Part shown: positions 8,671-17,425 of the stretch, piece after piece
Numbering within the stretch: position 1 is the stretch's first letter
Layout: every line of letters starts with the position of its first letter
From: Candidatus Babelota bacterium
Lineage (GTDB): Bacteria; Babelota; Babeliae; Babelales; Vermiphilaceae
Direction of reading: 5' to 3'
Length of the DNA stretch: 64,000 nt
NCBI GenBank assembly: GCA_003963225.1
Contig: RXKB01000001.1
Location: forward strand, 105,957 to 169,956
Notes under the pieces: generated by a model
Told to the model about the DNA's origin: nothing
The model's input: only the letters and a program-made list of their open reading frames with translations
Database searches by the model: none
Program-made: the position numbers and the translations under genes

Positions 8671-9280
8671 TCATCGCCGAGGTGCGCCATTGTGGGTTGT
8701 TGCGTCCTGGATGGTGTTCACCACGTATTCGATGATGTACACCCTCGGGGCCGCGTAGATCTTCAGCATCGGATACAGGTTGGTCGTCACCCCGATGAGC
8801 AGGAGAAGCGACGTCGCCGCAACCAACACGTATTGAAGTGCGAGATACGCGAATTTGCCGTGGTCGTCGTGGGTCTTGTAATACCCCGCCCGTGTAGGTC
8901 GGCTCAGGACACTCCGCGGCCATCTTCTTGAATCGCCGGGACCAATAAAAGGCCACGCCAGCGAGAGCCACGGACACACCCATCCAGACGCCGTGGTGGA
9001 TCGCCCGCCACACCATGAATTCACGTATGACCTCGGGTGTTTCCTTCTTCACCGTCTCGTAGGCTGCACCAAGTGCCTCCTTCGTGCCAGCGTAGATCTT
9101 CCCACCCTCGTTCTTCACGCCGGTGAGAATTTCAACCATCAGCTGGTTGGCGTTGGTCGCGACCAGCTGCCTGGTCTCGGGGCTTATGAGTTCGATCTTG
9201 TTGGTCGCGCCGTCAGCCAGCGCCAATGGAGCGATCAGGATGGAAAGAATGAACAGTAGATGCAGTAGTTGTCGTTTCAT
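8671..9280 (-). pseudogene. secreted/membrane protein with its coding signal split over two frames
   Basis: A signal peptide (MKRQLLHLLFILSILIAPLALA) and one TM segment lie in the frame of 8612..9331. A second TM segment and the tail lie in the frame of 8671..9024. The frames switch at a G-run near 8885..8891. Confidence 0.5.
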
Positions 9281-9432
9281 TTGTCTGGTTGTCGGCACTT
9301 GGAGCAGTGCAGTTGTCCGGTGGGTGTCCACATGAGTTCACTGATGCCAAACCAATCGTGGCAGCAGTCGCATGTGTCCACCCACCTCATATTCGGATCG
9401 CAGATCGTAGCGTCGGGCGCTTCATTCTGCAA
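9277..9432 (-). CDS. small Cys-rich (Zn-ribbon-like) protein, start uncertain
   Basis: The 3' end is fixed by an ATGA junction at 9280/9277. A TTG at 9432 and an ATG at 9390 are both possible starts. Confidence 0.4.
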   Translation of the reverse strand: MQNEAPDATICDPNMRWVDTCDCCHDWFGISELMWTPTGQLHCSKCRQPDK

Positions 9433-9439
9433 ACACTTT

Positions 9440-9775
9440 TCAGCCCTCTGGTGTGAGCCCTCTGAACTCCTCGATGTTTTCGGGGAGATAAAATACTCGT
9501 CGTTCACGGATTTGAAAGACGACCTTCTCAGGCTTCGCCGCGCCATGGCGCTCCGGAGTCAGCCCGTTGATTGTCGTTTGAACGGCTTCGAGAATTGCCG
9601 CGGTTTGCAGCAACGCGTCAAAGGCGGCCTGCATTTCCTGCTCGATGACGGTCAGGTATTTATCGAGATCGCCATCGTAGATGTCGACGGTTTCACACCT
9701 TGCCCACTGATCGAGCAGGTGTGCTTGTAGGCGTGGAGACAGATGGGCGATCGCCGTGTGGATTGTTTTTGGCAT
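9440..9775 (-). CDS. hypothetical protein (111 aa)
   Basis: ORF only. Confidence 0.6.
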   Translation of the reverse strand: MPKTIHTAIAHLSPRLQAHLLDQWARCETVDIYDGDLDKYLTVIEQEMQAAFDALLQTAAILEAVQTTINGLTPERHGAAKPEKVVFQIRERRVFYLPENIEEFRGLTPEG

Positions 9776-9986
9776 TGGACTGCAAACGTTGAGGACCGGT
9801 CAGGGATACGATGCAGAATGACTCGCATTTGCCCGTATCGTAAAACATGTGGTAGTCATATCCCTCGGAGGTGCATTTCTTGCACATCTGGAGGATTGCG
9901 TTGTCCGGAAAACTCTTTCCAGGATGGCAATTGGGGCAGATCTTTGCCCGGAGTTTCTTCTTGAACAGCGATCTGAGCCAGCTCAT
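9693..9986 (-). CDS. Zn-ribbon protein (CPNC ... CKKC)
   Basis: Internal ATG (MSWLRSLF) of ORF 9693..10397, with an ATGA junction to the upstream small ORF. Confidence 0.5.
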   Translation of the reverse strand: MSWLRSLFKKKLRAKICPNCHPGKSFPDNAILQMCKKCTSEGYDYHMFYDTGKCESFCIVSLTGPQRLQSNAKNNPHGDRPSVSTPTSTPARSVGKV

Positions 9987-10156
9987 GCATTTCCTCCGCA
10001 GAATCCGAGGTTGTCGATTGCGAGTGAAGAGTCGGCCATGCCGCTGGGTGGCGGGTCCTTCGGTGGCTTCAGATATCGCCAGGCAATCCATCCAAGGAAA
10101 CCGAAGTAACCAAGGATGGAAAGGCACAGGTATGGATGTTCTTGAATGTAGTTCAT
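9983..10156 (-). CDS. small membrane protein (57 aa; too short for the ORF track)
   Basis: Read by hand as MNYIQEHPYLCLSILGYFGFLGWIAWRYLKPP... It has ATGA junctions at both ends. Confidence 0.5.
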   Translation of the reverse strand: MNYIQEHPYLCLSILGYFGFLGWIAWRYLKPPKDPPPSGMADSSLAIDNLGFCGGNA

Positions 10157-10397
10157 GGTTTGTTGGCCTGGCCTTTATGAATGGCGTTGGTGCAGTTTCC
10201 CTTGTGGCACATGCTGAACGAGTAGTTGTTTCCAATCCTCGCCCCGTTCTCGACCACAAGATACTGGCATCCATCGTGCACGATGGTTTGACTTCGCTCA
10301 CGCTGTGCTTTTCCATGTCGACCTGACTGCAACCCAACAGAATGCCTCCTAACAGAAGCAAGAGGCTGGAGAGCCAGAGAAGTGAACGGTATTTCAT
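10153..10397 (-). pseudogene. lipoprotein with its coding signal split over two frames
   Basis: The lipobox signal (MKYRSLLWLSSLLLLLGGILLGC) lies in one frame. A protein-like tail (IVHDGCQYLVVENG...) lies in the frame of 10153..10461. The frames switch at an AAA run near 10284..10292. Confidence 0.5.
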
Positions 10398-10630
10398 ATG
10401 AGCCTTTCAAGTTCGGCCACGAGGTCATCCCGTGGCATCGTTTTCTTTTGTGGGCGGACAACCTGCCTTGCGCTCATAGGTTTCCATTCACAAGTATTAC
10501 ACGTCACGATCGGCAGCCCGGTGTTGATGCTCAACCCGATTATCTTCCATCGGGCTGCCGTGATGTCTTTGTGGTCAATGAATGAAAGGGTTTTCTTCTC
10601 ACATTCACTGCACGTGACCTCCTGCTTCAT
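10394..10630 (-). CDS. Zn-ribbon protein (CSEC ... CNTC)
   Basis: ORF 10394..10675 trimmed to MKQEVTCSEC, which makes an ATGA junction with 10627..11799. Confidence 0.6.
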   Translation of the reverse strand: MKQEVTCSECEKKTLSFIDHKDITAARWKIIGLSINTGLPIVTCNTCEWKPMSARQVVRPQKKTMPRDDLVAELERLI

Positions 10631-11799
10631 GACAACTCCGGAGGCTTTACCTCGCCCAACCGGCCGTGGACCCACTTGAGCTGGCTTTCAAGCATTGGAC
10701 GGGAGACCATCCCGCCGGTGAGCAAGCGCAGGGTGGACAGCTCGTTGCTGCCGGCGATGAAGCCGTGGCCTCGAAGGTTGAGAACGAACGCCTCCTGGTC
10801 GGGTTCCGGGAAGTGTTCCCACACCTCGTTGGCTTCAAGCAACGCACCACAAGGCAAGACCGTCTCCGTGGTTGGAGCTTCCTTGATGTACACATGTCCG
10901 TGGATCATGTACCGGATATTCGGATACAACTCAAATATCCGAACTTGAATTGGTGCATCCACAGAAGGCTTGTGATCACCGCAGTACAGAAGCTTGCCGT
11001 CAGCCTCGCCGATGATTGGAACAAAGTCAGACATCGTGATGTCTTGCTTGTTCACGTTACGCCTGGACACGTATATCGCGCGGTCTTCCTTGACTGCCGG
11101 AAAGCCGTGCGAACAACGGAACGACGCATTTCCAACAAAGCGGTTGATAGCCTCCGGCGACGGTATCAGCTCGGCGAATTTATGAGCCGCGCTTCGTACA
11201 TACTTGATGAACTCCTCTTCTTGTGGCGGCGTCTCTGGACATGAGCCTATGGCCTTGACCGTGCCCATTCGGCGGATGGACAACAGATATGAAACACGCA
11301 GGTTCAAAACCGCACCGAGTTCATGAAACTCCGTCATGCTGGTTCCGTCCCAGAAGAGGTTGCCGAGAGGGTCGATGAGCTGCGCCCTGTATCTGCCCTT
11401 TGCCTGGCTGGGTATGGCAGTAAACAGGATTACCAGGTTCGAGTGCAGCTCCAGAGCGTGCTGAACAACCGCAGGAATTGAGTATCCTTTTTCCACCGAG
11501 CGCTTGGAGGTCACCAGCACGCAGGTCGGGTTAATGACTTTGATGGAGCGCACGCAGTTCTTCGGATGGTCATTCGGCACATTGGCCAACCATATGACGA
11601 CGTGGGCGGAAGCGGCTTTGTGGGCGGCGTGCTCCAGGTCAGCCAACGACCCACCGTTCATAAAGGTGCAATCAAATTCCTCCAGACCGGGGCATAGCGC
11701 CTTGGCCGTAAAACCAGCAAACAGTTCCTGTGCGATACTGGATGGCTTGCCACCAGCCGCATCGAACGTTCCGCAGACAAATACCACTTTCTTTTTCAA
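10627..11799 (-). CDS. protein with a C-terminal class II aldolase/adducin-like domain
   Basis: 390-aa ORF. KPSVDAPIQ ... MIHGHVY resembles the metal-binding core of class II aldolases. The N-terminal domain is unknown. Confidence 0.7.
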   Translation of the reverse strand: MKKKVVFVCGTFDAAGGKPSSIAQELFAGFTAKALCPGLEEFDCTFMNGGSLADLEHAAHKAASAHVVIWLANVPNDHPKNCVRSIKVINPTCVLVTSKRSVEKGYSIPAVVQHALELHSNLVILFTAIPSQAKGRYRAQLIDPLGNLFWDGTSMTEFHELGAVLNLRVSYLLSIRRMGTVKAIGSCPETPPQEEEFIKYVRSAAHKFAELIPSPEAINRFVGNASFRCSHGFPAVKEDRAIYVSRRNVNKQDITMSDFVPIIGEADGKLLYCGDHKPSVDAPIQVRIFELYPNIRYMIHGHVYIKEAPTTETVLPCGALLEANEVWEHFPEPDQEAFVLNLRGHGFIAGSNELSTLRLLTGGMVSRPMLESQLKWVHGRLGEVKPPELS

Positions 11800-12335
11800 G
11801 GTACGTTGATCTTTCTTGTTTCAGGCGGGTCAAGAGGCAGAAGCGCCCTCAATTCCTTGAGACGCGCATCCAGCGCCTCATTGACTTCCCTGTTGAATTT
11901 GATAGTCACCTTTTCAGCGACGAGGTTCGGAATGCGGGCGCGCAACTTCTCAAGCTCCTCCCTCAAGGCAGCCATAATTGTTTCGCCCTGCTTTGCGACT
12001 TCAGCGTTGATCACGCTGGTCAGTTGCGTGGCGACTTCGGTGCGTATCTTTTCCTTCATCGAAGGGGACAGCTCGAACGACGGCGACCAGGTGGGAGACT
12101 CCCTGGTCTTTTGAAGGCAGACCTTGTTGACCTCTTCGGCGACTGCTCGTTTCAGCTCTGCTTCTTTGTTGGCGAACTCACTGCGTACAAGGTCCACCAT
12201 GTAGTTGCGTGCAAACGCGGCCGCAACCGATTTACGAATTGATGTTGTCAGCTCGTTATCGCCGCCCAGGAGTCTTTCCAAGGCGGCAAGGCTGTTGATT
12301 TGGAGAGTGACTCCTGAGTCCGGCGGGTGGTTCAT
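11796..12335 (-). CDS. hypothetical protein (179 aa), coiled-coil-like
   Basis: ORF with an ATGA junction at 11799/11796. Confidence 0.7.
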   Translation of the reverse strand: MNHPPDSGVTLQINSLAALERLLGGDNELTTSIRKSVAAAFARNYMVDLVRSEFANKEAELKRAVAEEVNKVCLQKTRESPTWSPSFELSPSMKEKIRTEVATQLTSVINAEVAKQGETIMAALREELEKLRARIPNLVAEKVTIKFNREVNEALDARLKELRALLPLDPPETRKINVP

Positions 12336-12341
12336 TTCAGA

Positions 12342-12686
12342 TCAGTTTTCCCTGCTACCAGCGTAACCTGGAATAACGATGTAGTTGAAGATGCGATGAT
12401 CCTTGGGAAAGTTGTTGGCAAGAAAGGTTCCGATGTTGGAGTTTCTTGAGTAGGTGAGCGGCTGGCGCCACACCAACTCTCCTGGATTTCTCTGGTTCGC
12501 CCGATCATCAGTCCGACGCATGATGACGTCGATGAGAATCGAGGTCTGCCAGAGCGTGGTGTTTGTACGACCGGCGTAACTGATGTATTGTGCCTGACGT
12601 TCGAGCAGCTCCAACACGAGCGCTCGGTCATAGTCAGGTGAGATCGACGATATTTTCTCGGTGTACCGCGGTGTTCTCCGGGCCAT
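12342..12686 (-). CDS. hypothetical protein (114 aa)
   Basis: ORF only. Confidence 0.6.
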   Translation of the reverse strand: MARRTPRYTEKISSISPDYDRALVLELLERQAQYISYAGRTNTTLWQTSILIDVIMRRTDDRANQRNPGELVWRQPLTYSRNSNIGTFLANNFPKDHRIFNYIVIPGYAGSREN

Positions 12687-13371
12687 AAGTGGGTCTTCGT
12701 TCTAAGACGTAGGTCCAATATCTGGAGTCCGTCCTTTTTTGTTTCCTGTCCCAGTAGATGGCTCTGGCGACTGCACTCGGGACATGACGATCAAGACAAT
12801 GAGAGACCCAATGGCGCTCAAGAGCCTGATAGTGTCGAGCGTGCTTTGTTTGGTCCAATCCATAAAACTGAAACATGTGTGTGTCCAGACACACAACCTC
12901 GGCCGCGCAAGGATAGATCATTTCAAGGGCAAATGACACCTTTGCAAGTCCGAGACCTAGGATGCGTTTCACAAGACGATTGCGGTATTGCACCCACGCT
13001 TCGCCTTGAGCCAGATAAAACGCCTGAGGGTTCGCCCAATAATCATCGCAGAACTTGCCGATGAATTTGGTGCGGTTGATGTGCAGACCGATGCGGCTGT
13101 CCTCCAGTCGCTGCTTCAATCCTGCACTATCTTGATACCAATGCGCCCACGATCTGATGGCTTCAAATCCACGGACATTCGCTGCCCATGAAGTGTGAAC
13201 GGAGCAGAAGGCAAACAACCAGCGCTCGAAGGTTTCAAGATAATCCTCTGGAGTCAACGTACGCCAGTATTCCTGGTATCGTGTGATCTCGTCATCGGTT
13301 ATGGAAGTGAAGAAAGAATCAACAGCAGCCACATTGGGCCATTGAGTAACAGATACGACAGGCGAAGGCAT
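12634..13371 (-). CDS. HhH-GPD superfamily DNA glycosylase-like protein (Ogg2/AGOG-like)
   Basis: GLGLAKVSFALEMIY ... CLDTHMFQFYG matches the helix-hairpin-helix plus Asp layout of this superfamily. Confidence 0.65.
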   Translation of the reverse strand: MPSPVVSVTQWPNVAAVDSFFTSITDDEITRYQEYWRTLTPEDYLETFERWLFAFCSVHTSWAANVRGFEAIRSWAHWYQDSAGLKQRLEDSRIGLHINRTKFIGKFCDDYWANPQAFYLAQGEAWVQYRNRLVKRILGLGLAKVSFALEMIYPCAAEVVCLDTHMFQFYGLDQTKHARHYQALERHWVSHCLDRHVPSAVARAIYWDRKQKRTDSRYWTYVLERRPTYGPENTAVHRENIVDLT

Positions 13372-13664
13372 TAAATCTGCGGATTGTCGGGATGTTCAAC
13401 ATACGTCCAGAGGGCGTGCGTTCGTGGAAACTCCGCCTTCATCATCCGCAATGCGCGGTTGGTGTGGGCGAGTATGACGCGCTCTGACGTGACGTTCCGG
13501 CGGATGCGATCAAGCACCGCCGAAGTTATGTAGTTGATTGAATCAGACCCACTGCCTTGCTGGCAACGGACCACAAAGTCTACGAACTCCAGTATGAGCT
13601 GAGCGTTGTAGTTAGGAGGAAGAAAGGTTGGCGGTGCTGGAGGATAACGGAGTCTTTTACTCAT
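13371..13664 (-). CDS. hypothetical protein (97 aa)
   Basis: ORF 13371..13877 trimmed to MSKRLRYP, which makes an ATGA junction with 13661..13891. Confidence 0.55.
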   Translation of the reverse strand: MSKRLRYPPAPPTFLPPNYNAQLILEFVDFVVRCQQGSGSDSINYITSAVLDRIRRNVTSERVILAHTNRALRMMKAEFPRTHALWTYVEHPDNPQI

Positions 13665-13891
13665 GGTCGGCGTATTGCATCGATGATGGCGCGGATCAAG
13701 AGATACAGAAAGAACACCGGGAGCAACAAGCACAACAATGGCGCCAGCGCAATGAGACCTACGAGCAGAAAGGTCGCGACCGATACGAAGAATGATCCGA
13801 AGATACAGACTACGATGGCCACGATAAAAAGCGTAAAGCACGTCCAGATAAAATCCGACGTGCTCTTTGAGAACCATTCACGGAAAGGCAT
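13661..13891 (-). CDS. small multi-pass membrane protein (76 aa)
   Basis: Two long hydrophobic stretches. It is the first gene of the leftward block. Confidence 0.65.
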   Translation of the reverse strand: MPFREWFSKSTSDFIWTCFTLFIVAIVVCIFGSFFVSVATFLLVGLIALAPLLCLLLPVFFLYLLIRAIIDAIRRP

Positions 13892-14025
13892 GAGAGGAGA
13901 GCTGAGCCTGAAAATAGGGGTACAACCTACGCCCAGGATTTTTCCAAATCGATTTCTTGTATTTCTCTAACCTATTGATTTTAGGCTAGTTACACGAATA
14001 GCTCGTGCACGCAGCGTGTACAAGA

Positions 14026-14436
14026 TTACAAATATTCCAATGATCCTACAGTTATCTCACAAGTCGTAGATGGAACTGCTTGATTATCAAGGGCATCCAG
14101 ATTCCGGACTAGCAGCTGGATTTCTTCCTGCACCAAACGATAGATCTCATCCAGCGCAGCTTGGTTCATTCCTTGCACAGTAACTGAACTGACTCGGAAA
14201 TATGAAGTGTCTCCACCCGGCTCATTCACCGGAAGATCTTGCAATTGCTGCGCACTGGCCACAGCAGCAAAAACATCCTGCGTCCCGTCAGGGGAAATGC
14301 GTTGCTTGACAAATACCTCAGCTGGCATATCATACGCTGCTGTAACCGTCAAGGTCATGCCGTACGTTTGTGCGTACGTGTCTGTCACCTCTGGGTCAGG
14401 CGATTGGTCAACTCGTTGTAGTGTGATCTTCCGCAT
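14026..14436 (-). CDS. hypothetical protein (136 aa)
   Basis: ORF divergent from the plus-strand block. Confidence 0.7.
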   Translation of the reverse strand: MRKITLQRVDQSPDPEVTDTYAQTYGMTLTVTAAYDMPAEVFVKQRISPDGTQDVFAAVASAQQLQDLPVNEPGGDTSYFRVSSVTVQGMNQAALDEIYRLVQEEIQLLVRNLDALDNQAVPSTTCEITVGSLEYL

Positions 14437-14475
14437 GTAATTGACAGTTTACGAAACCCGAACCGAAAAAGCAAG

Positions 14476-15177
14476 ATGCCTTTACCAAGAGATACCGCAG
14501 GGCGCGAGACGCGCAACCCCGAGCTGGTCAACACCGGCCTGTATTCCACCGGAGACTACGTTGTGCCGCGTTATGGAGAGACAGGACGTAAGGAAGCCGC
14601 AGGACAGGTGCTTGGTGACTCCAAGGACGTCGTAGGCCTTGCACAGAAGATGGCGGCACACGCCCTGATGGGTGGTGCAGAGATGCTTCCGATGCTAAGT
14701 GACTCTGTCGCAACTAAAAAGAAAGGCAAGCGGGCAACGACACAACGCGTATCGAACGCGCCAGTCGTTGTGAATGAGACAGTTGTGCCGATTTTGCGTA
14801 CCGATGGCCTCGACCCCAATGTAGTCAAGATCGGCAGCACGGCACCAGACCCGGTAGTTAATACTATACTACAGCCATGTTCCCCTCCCACGCTTCGCGC
14901 CCAGGATCCTCTCCCTGACTCCTCAATTGAGGTTGTATTTTCCACTCAATTGGGTAGAATCAGACTAAATGCTGTAGCTGTCCTGGATTCAACCAGTGCC
15001 CTGACGTTAGTCTTTGCCAATGAAGGCGAAATACGTTATGAGCCTGCCCCTGGAACAAACGTACAGTTGATTGTGAATGGAAAGGTTGAGAACACCATGT
15101 ACCCTGGTTTCAAGTTTACCTGGGTGGACGACAAGAAAGTCCTTATGGTGTTTGTGAAGCTTTCCGAAGAGGATTAA
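14476..15177 (+). CDS. hypothetical protein (233 aa)
   Basis: First ORF of the plus-strand block. Confidence 0.7.
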   Translation: MPLPRDTAGRETRNPELVNTGLYSTGDYVVPRYGETGRKEAAGQVLGDSKDVVGLAQKMAAHALMGGAEMLPMLSDSVATKKKGKRATTQRVSNAPVVVNETVVPILRTDGLDPNVVKIGSTAPDPVVNTILQPCSPPTLRAQDPLPDSSIEVVFSTQLGRIRLNAVAVLDSTSALTLVFANEGEIRYEPAPGTNVQLIVNGKVENTMYPGFKFTWVDDKKVLMVFVKLSEED

Positions 15178-15191
15178 ACGCCAACCAACAT

Positions 15192-15908
15192 ATGACCAAC
15201 ACCGACAACGCCTTCGTACAGGGCATGCTGAAACAAGCAGCTGAAATTGATCGCACACTTCAAAAGCAGGCCTATGGCAAGCGCCTCACTGCCCTGTTGC
15301 AGCGCAAGGGCAAGCTGCCTATGGACTCCAAGCCCACTGTAGGCGTCTCCTCCTTCCCCAAGCAGGCAGACGAGATCATGGACGCACTTGCCCCATACCT
15401 TGAGCGCGCAGGACAGGGTGTCGACTCCATGAAGCAACATGCAGGTGCAGGCATGGATAAACTGAAAGAACTCTGGTCCACCGGTGTGGAAGGAGTCAAT
15501 GAGGCAGGCAGGGCTACTGGTCGAGGTGCCTTAAACGTCAACAATTTCCTCAAAGATAATCCTGTTACTGCTCCTGCCATCGGTGCAGGTGTGGGTGGAC
15601 TTGCTGGTGCTTTGTCTGGTAAGAGCGAAAATAAAGAAACAGGAGAGAAGGGCACACGAGGACGCAACGCCCTCATTGGTATGCTGCTTGGTGGTGGCGC
15701 GGGCGCAGGAGCCCACGCTCTTGCCTCTGGTCCTGGAGAACAGGCATTGATGCAATTGCGCACACAAGGCGTGACTCCGCGTCCAGAATATACCCCTGAG
15801 GCCAGTCAGGGTAATCCTCTTCAAATGCTCAAGCAGCTTGGTCTCGCTCCTCTCAACGTAGGACAGAACGCTCCTCCCTCAAGCTTGTCCGTCAAACCTC
15901 GCTTCTAA
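15192..15908 (+). CDS. Gly-zipper membrane-associated protein (238 aa)
   Basis: Contains AIGAGVGGLAGAL and LLGGGAGAGAHALA segments. Confidence 0.7.
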   Translation: MTNTDNAFVQGMLKQAAEIDRTLQKQAYGKRLTALLQRKGKLPMDSKPTVGVSSFPKQADEIMDALAPYLERAGQGVDSMKQHAGAGMDKLKELWSTGVEGVNEAGRATGRGALNVNNFLKDNPVTAPAIGAGVGGLAGALSGKSENKETGEKGTRGRNALIGMLLGGGAGAGAHALASGPGEQALMQLRTQGVTPRPEYTPEASQGNPLQMLKQLGLAPLNVGQNAPPSSLSVKPRF

Positions 15909-15913
15909 CGTCT

Positions 15914-16159
15914 ATGGAAAAGCTCGCACTATCTGAACTGGATGCTCTGCTAAAAAATGCAGCAGAAGTACCAGACAACGGCAGGGGGCAGATGGAGAAT
16001 CCACACCAGACCGGTGAGAACTCCTCCAAGCCTCCTCTGCTACGGGAACCCTTGGACAAGGCGATCGGGGCTGCAGGAGCCGTCCTAGGAGGCGCAGCAG
16101 GCCTTGCCGCAGGGTTGTCCAGGATCAAAACCAAAGTCCCCATGCAGGAAGTCAAATAG
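15914..16159 (+). CDS. small Gly-zipper protein (81 aa)
   Basis: Contains the segment AIGAAGAVLGGAAGLAAGL. Confidence 0.6.
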   Translation: MEKLALSELDALLKNAAEVPDNGRGQMENPHQTGENSSKPPLLREPLDKAIGAAGAVLGGAAGLAAGLSRIKTKVPMQEVK

Positions 16160-16241
16160 CCAAAGTCTCTCCTTCGGTTTTCTCAAGTTATTATACCATT
16201 TTTGACTGGGAGATACCGGGGAGGGGTAGCAAACAACCAAT

Positions 16242-16427
16242 ATGGAAAAACGAGGCGATCTGACAGAGGACTCCCACAGCGACTTTGACACTCGTAAGAA
16301 GGTCAAGTTTATCGACAAAGAGGGCTTTGCTGTTGCAGGAGAAGGAGAAAAAGAAAAGCTTGCTTCTCCTACTCGGTTTAAGCCACACTCCACGCCACCA
16401 GGCTATTCATGGCCCGTTCTAAACTAA
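16242..16427 (+). CDS. hypothetical protein (61 aa), doubtful
   Basis: Short ORF that overlaps the start of the HNH gene. Confidence 0.35.
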   Translation: MEKRGDLTEDSHSDFDTRKKVKFIDKEGFAVAGEGEKEKLASPTRFKPHSTPPGYSWPVLN

Positions 16428-16717
16428 CAGCCAAACAAAAGGAAGCGCGTGCCCTCAGGATGTCAGAAGAACATAAGGCGTGGTCTAACGCAGTACGAGG
16501 CAGAGACAAATTCACTTGCCAGCTCTGCGGTGGCAAGCCGAAACGACGCAAGTCCATTCACGCCCACCACATCGTCCCTTTTGCCGAGGACGCCTCGCTC
16601 CGCTTTGACGTCAATAACGGCGTCACCCTCTGTAGGATGTGTCACCGCAGGGTCCACCGGGAAAAACTCCACGTTGGGCTTCCTATGCACGCCAAAGGGC
16701 GTTCAGAAAATGCATAA
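16409..16717 (+). CDS. HNH endonuclease
   Basis: HNH motif CQLCG ... HAHHIVPF ... NGVTLCRMCHRRVH. Confidence 0.85.
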   Translation: MARSKLTAKQKEARALRMSEEHKAWSNAVRGRDKFTCQLCGGKPKRRKSIHAHHIVPFAEDASLRFDVNNGVTLCRMCHRRVHREKLHVGLPMHAKGRSENA

Positions 16718-16720
16718 TCT

Positions 16721-17422
16721 ATGACATTAAGCGATCAACTAAAGAACGCCGGAATCAAGTTCTATCACGCAAATTTTTTGTTGCCTGATGGTTCTCGGAC
16801 GGCTTTTACCGAAAACGGTGTTGACTCCGAGCCCTGGCGCCAATTCTGTTGCCTGGATCAAATTGACTACAAAAACAAATCTGTTCTGGATGTCGGCTGC
16901 TGGGATGGTGCTTGGGCTTTTCAAGCCGAAAGACTTGGTGCTACTCGTGTTGTAGGTTTGGATGACGCCAGCCGGCGTATGTGGGATATCAATGATAACT
17001 CCGCTTGGGAGGCTCTCCACAAGGCTTACAACAGCAAGGCCATGTATGTACACGGGCAGGTACAGAACCTCCCATTTGACGCTCAGTCATTTGACATTGT
17101 GTTGTGCCTTGGTTTATTGTATCACCTAACCGATCCTCTTACCGGACTAAACGAGTGCTTCCGCGTCGCCAAGGAATACGTGGTAGTGGAGACACACGCC
17201 GACAACAGCGCTTCGCCGACTTTGACGCTGTTGGCTCCTCGTGAAGCCAACCCGCACGATCCAACGAATGTCTATCGTCTTTCCAGCGGTTGGGTGAAAA
17301 AAGTAGCACAAATGAACGGGTTCGAACTTGTACGTGAAAACTGCTATTTAGGTCATCGCTACTCTTATCACTTTGTCAGAAAAACGTCGGTGACTAATTT
17401 ACACCCTGCTTCAGTGAAATAA
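16721..17422 (+). CDS. class I SAM-dependent methyltransferase
   Basis: Motif I VLDVGCWDGAWAF, followed by an acidic residue after beta-2 (VVGLD). Confidence 0.8.
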   Translation: MTLSDQLKNAGIKFYHANFLLPDGSRTAFTENGVDSEPWRQFCCLDQIDYKNKSVLDVGCWDGAWAFQAERLGATRVVGLDDASRRMWDINDNSAWEALHKAYNSKAMYVHGQVQNLPFDAQSFDIVLCLGLLYHLTDPLTGLNECFRVAKEYVVVETHADNSASPTLTLLAPREANPHDPTNVYRLSSGWVKKVAQMNGFELVRENCYLGHRYSYHFVRKTSVTNLHPASVK

Positions 17423-17425
17423 CTT

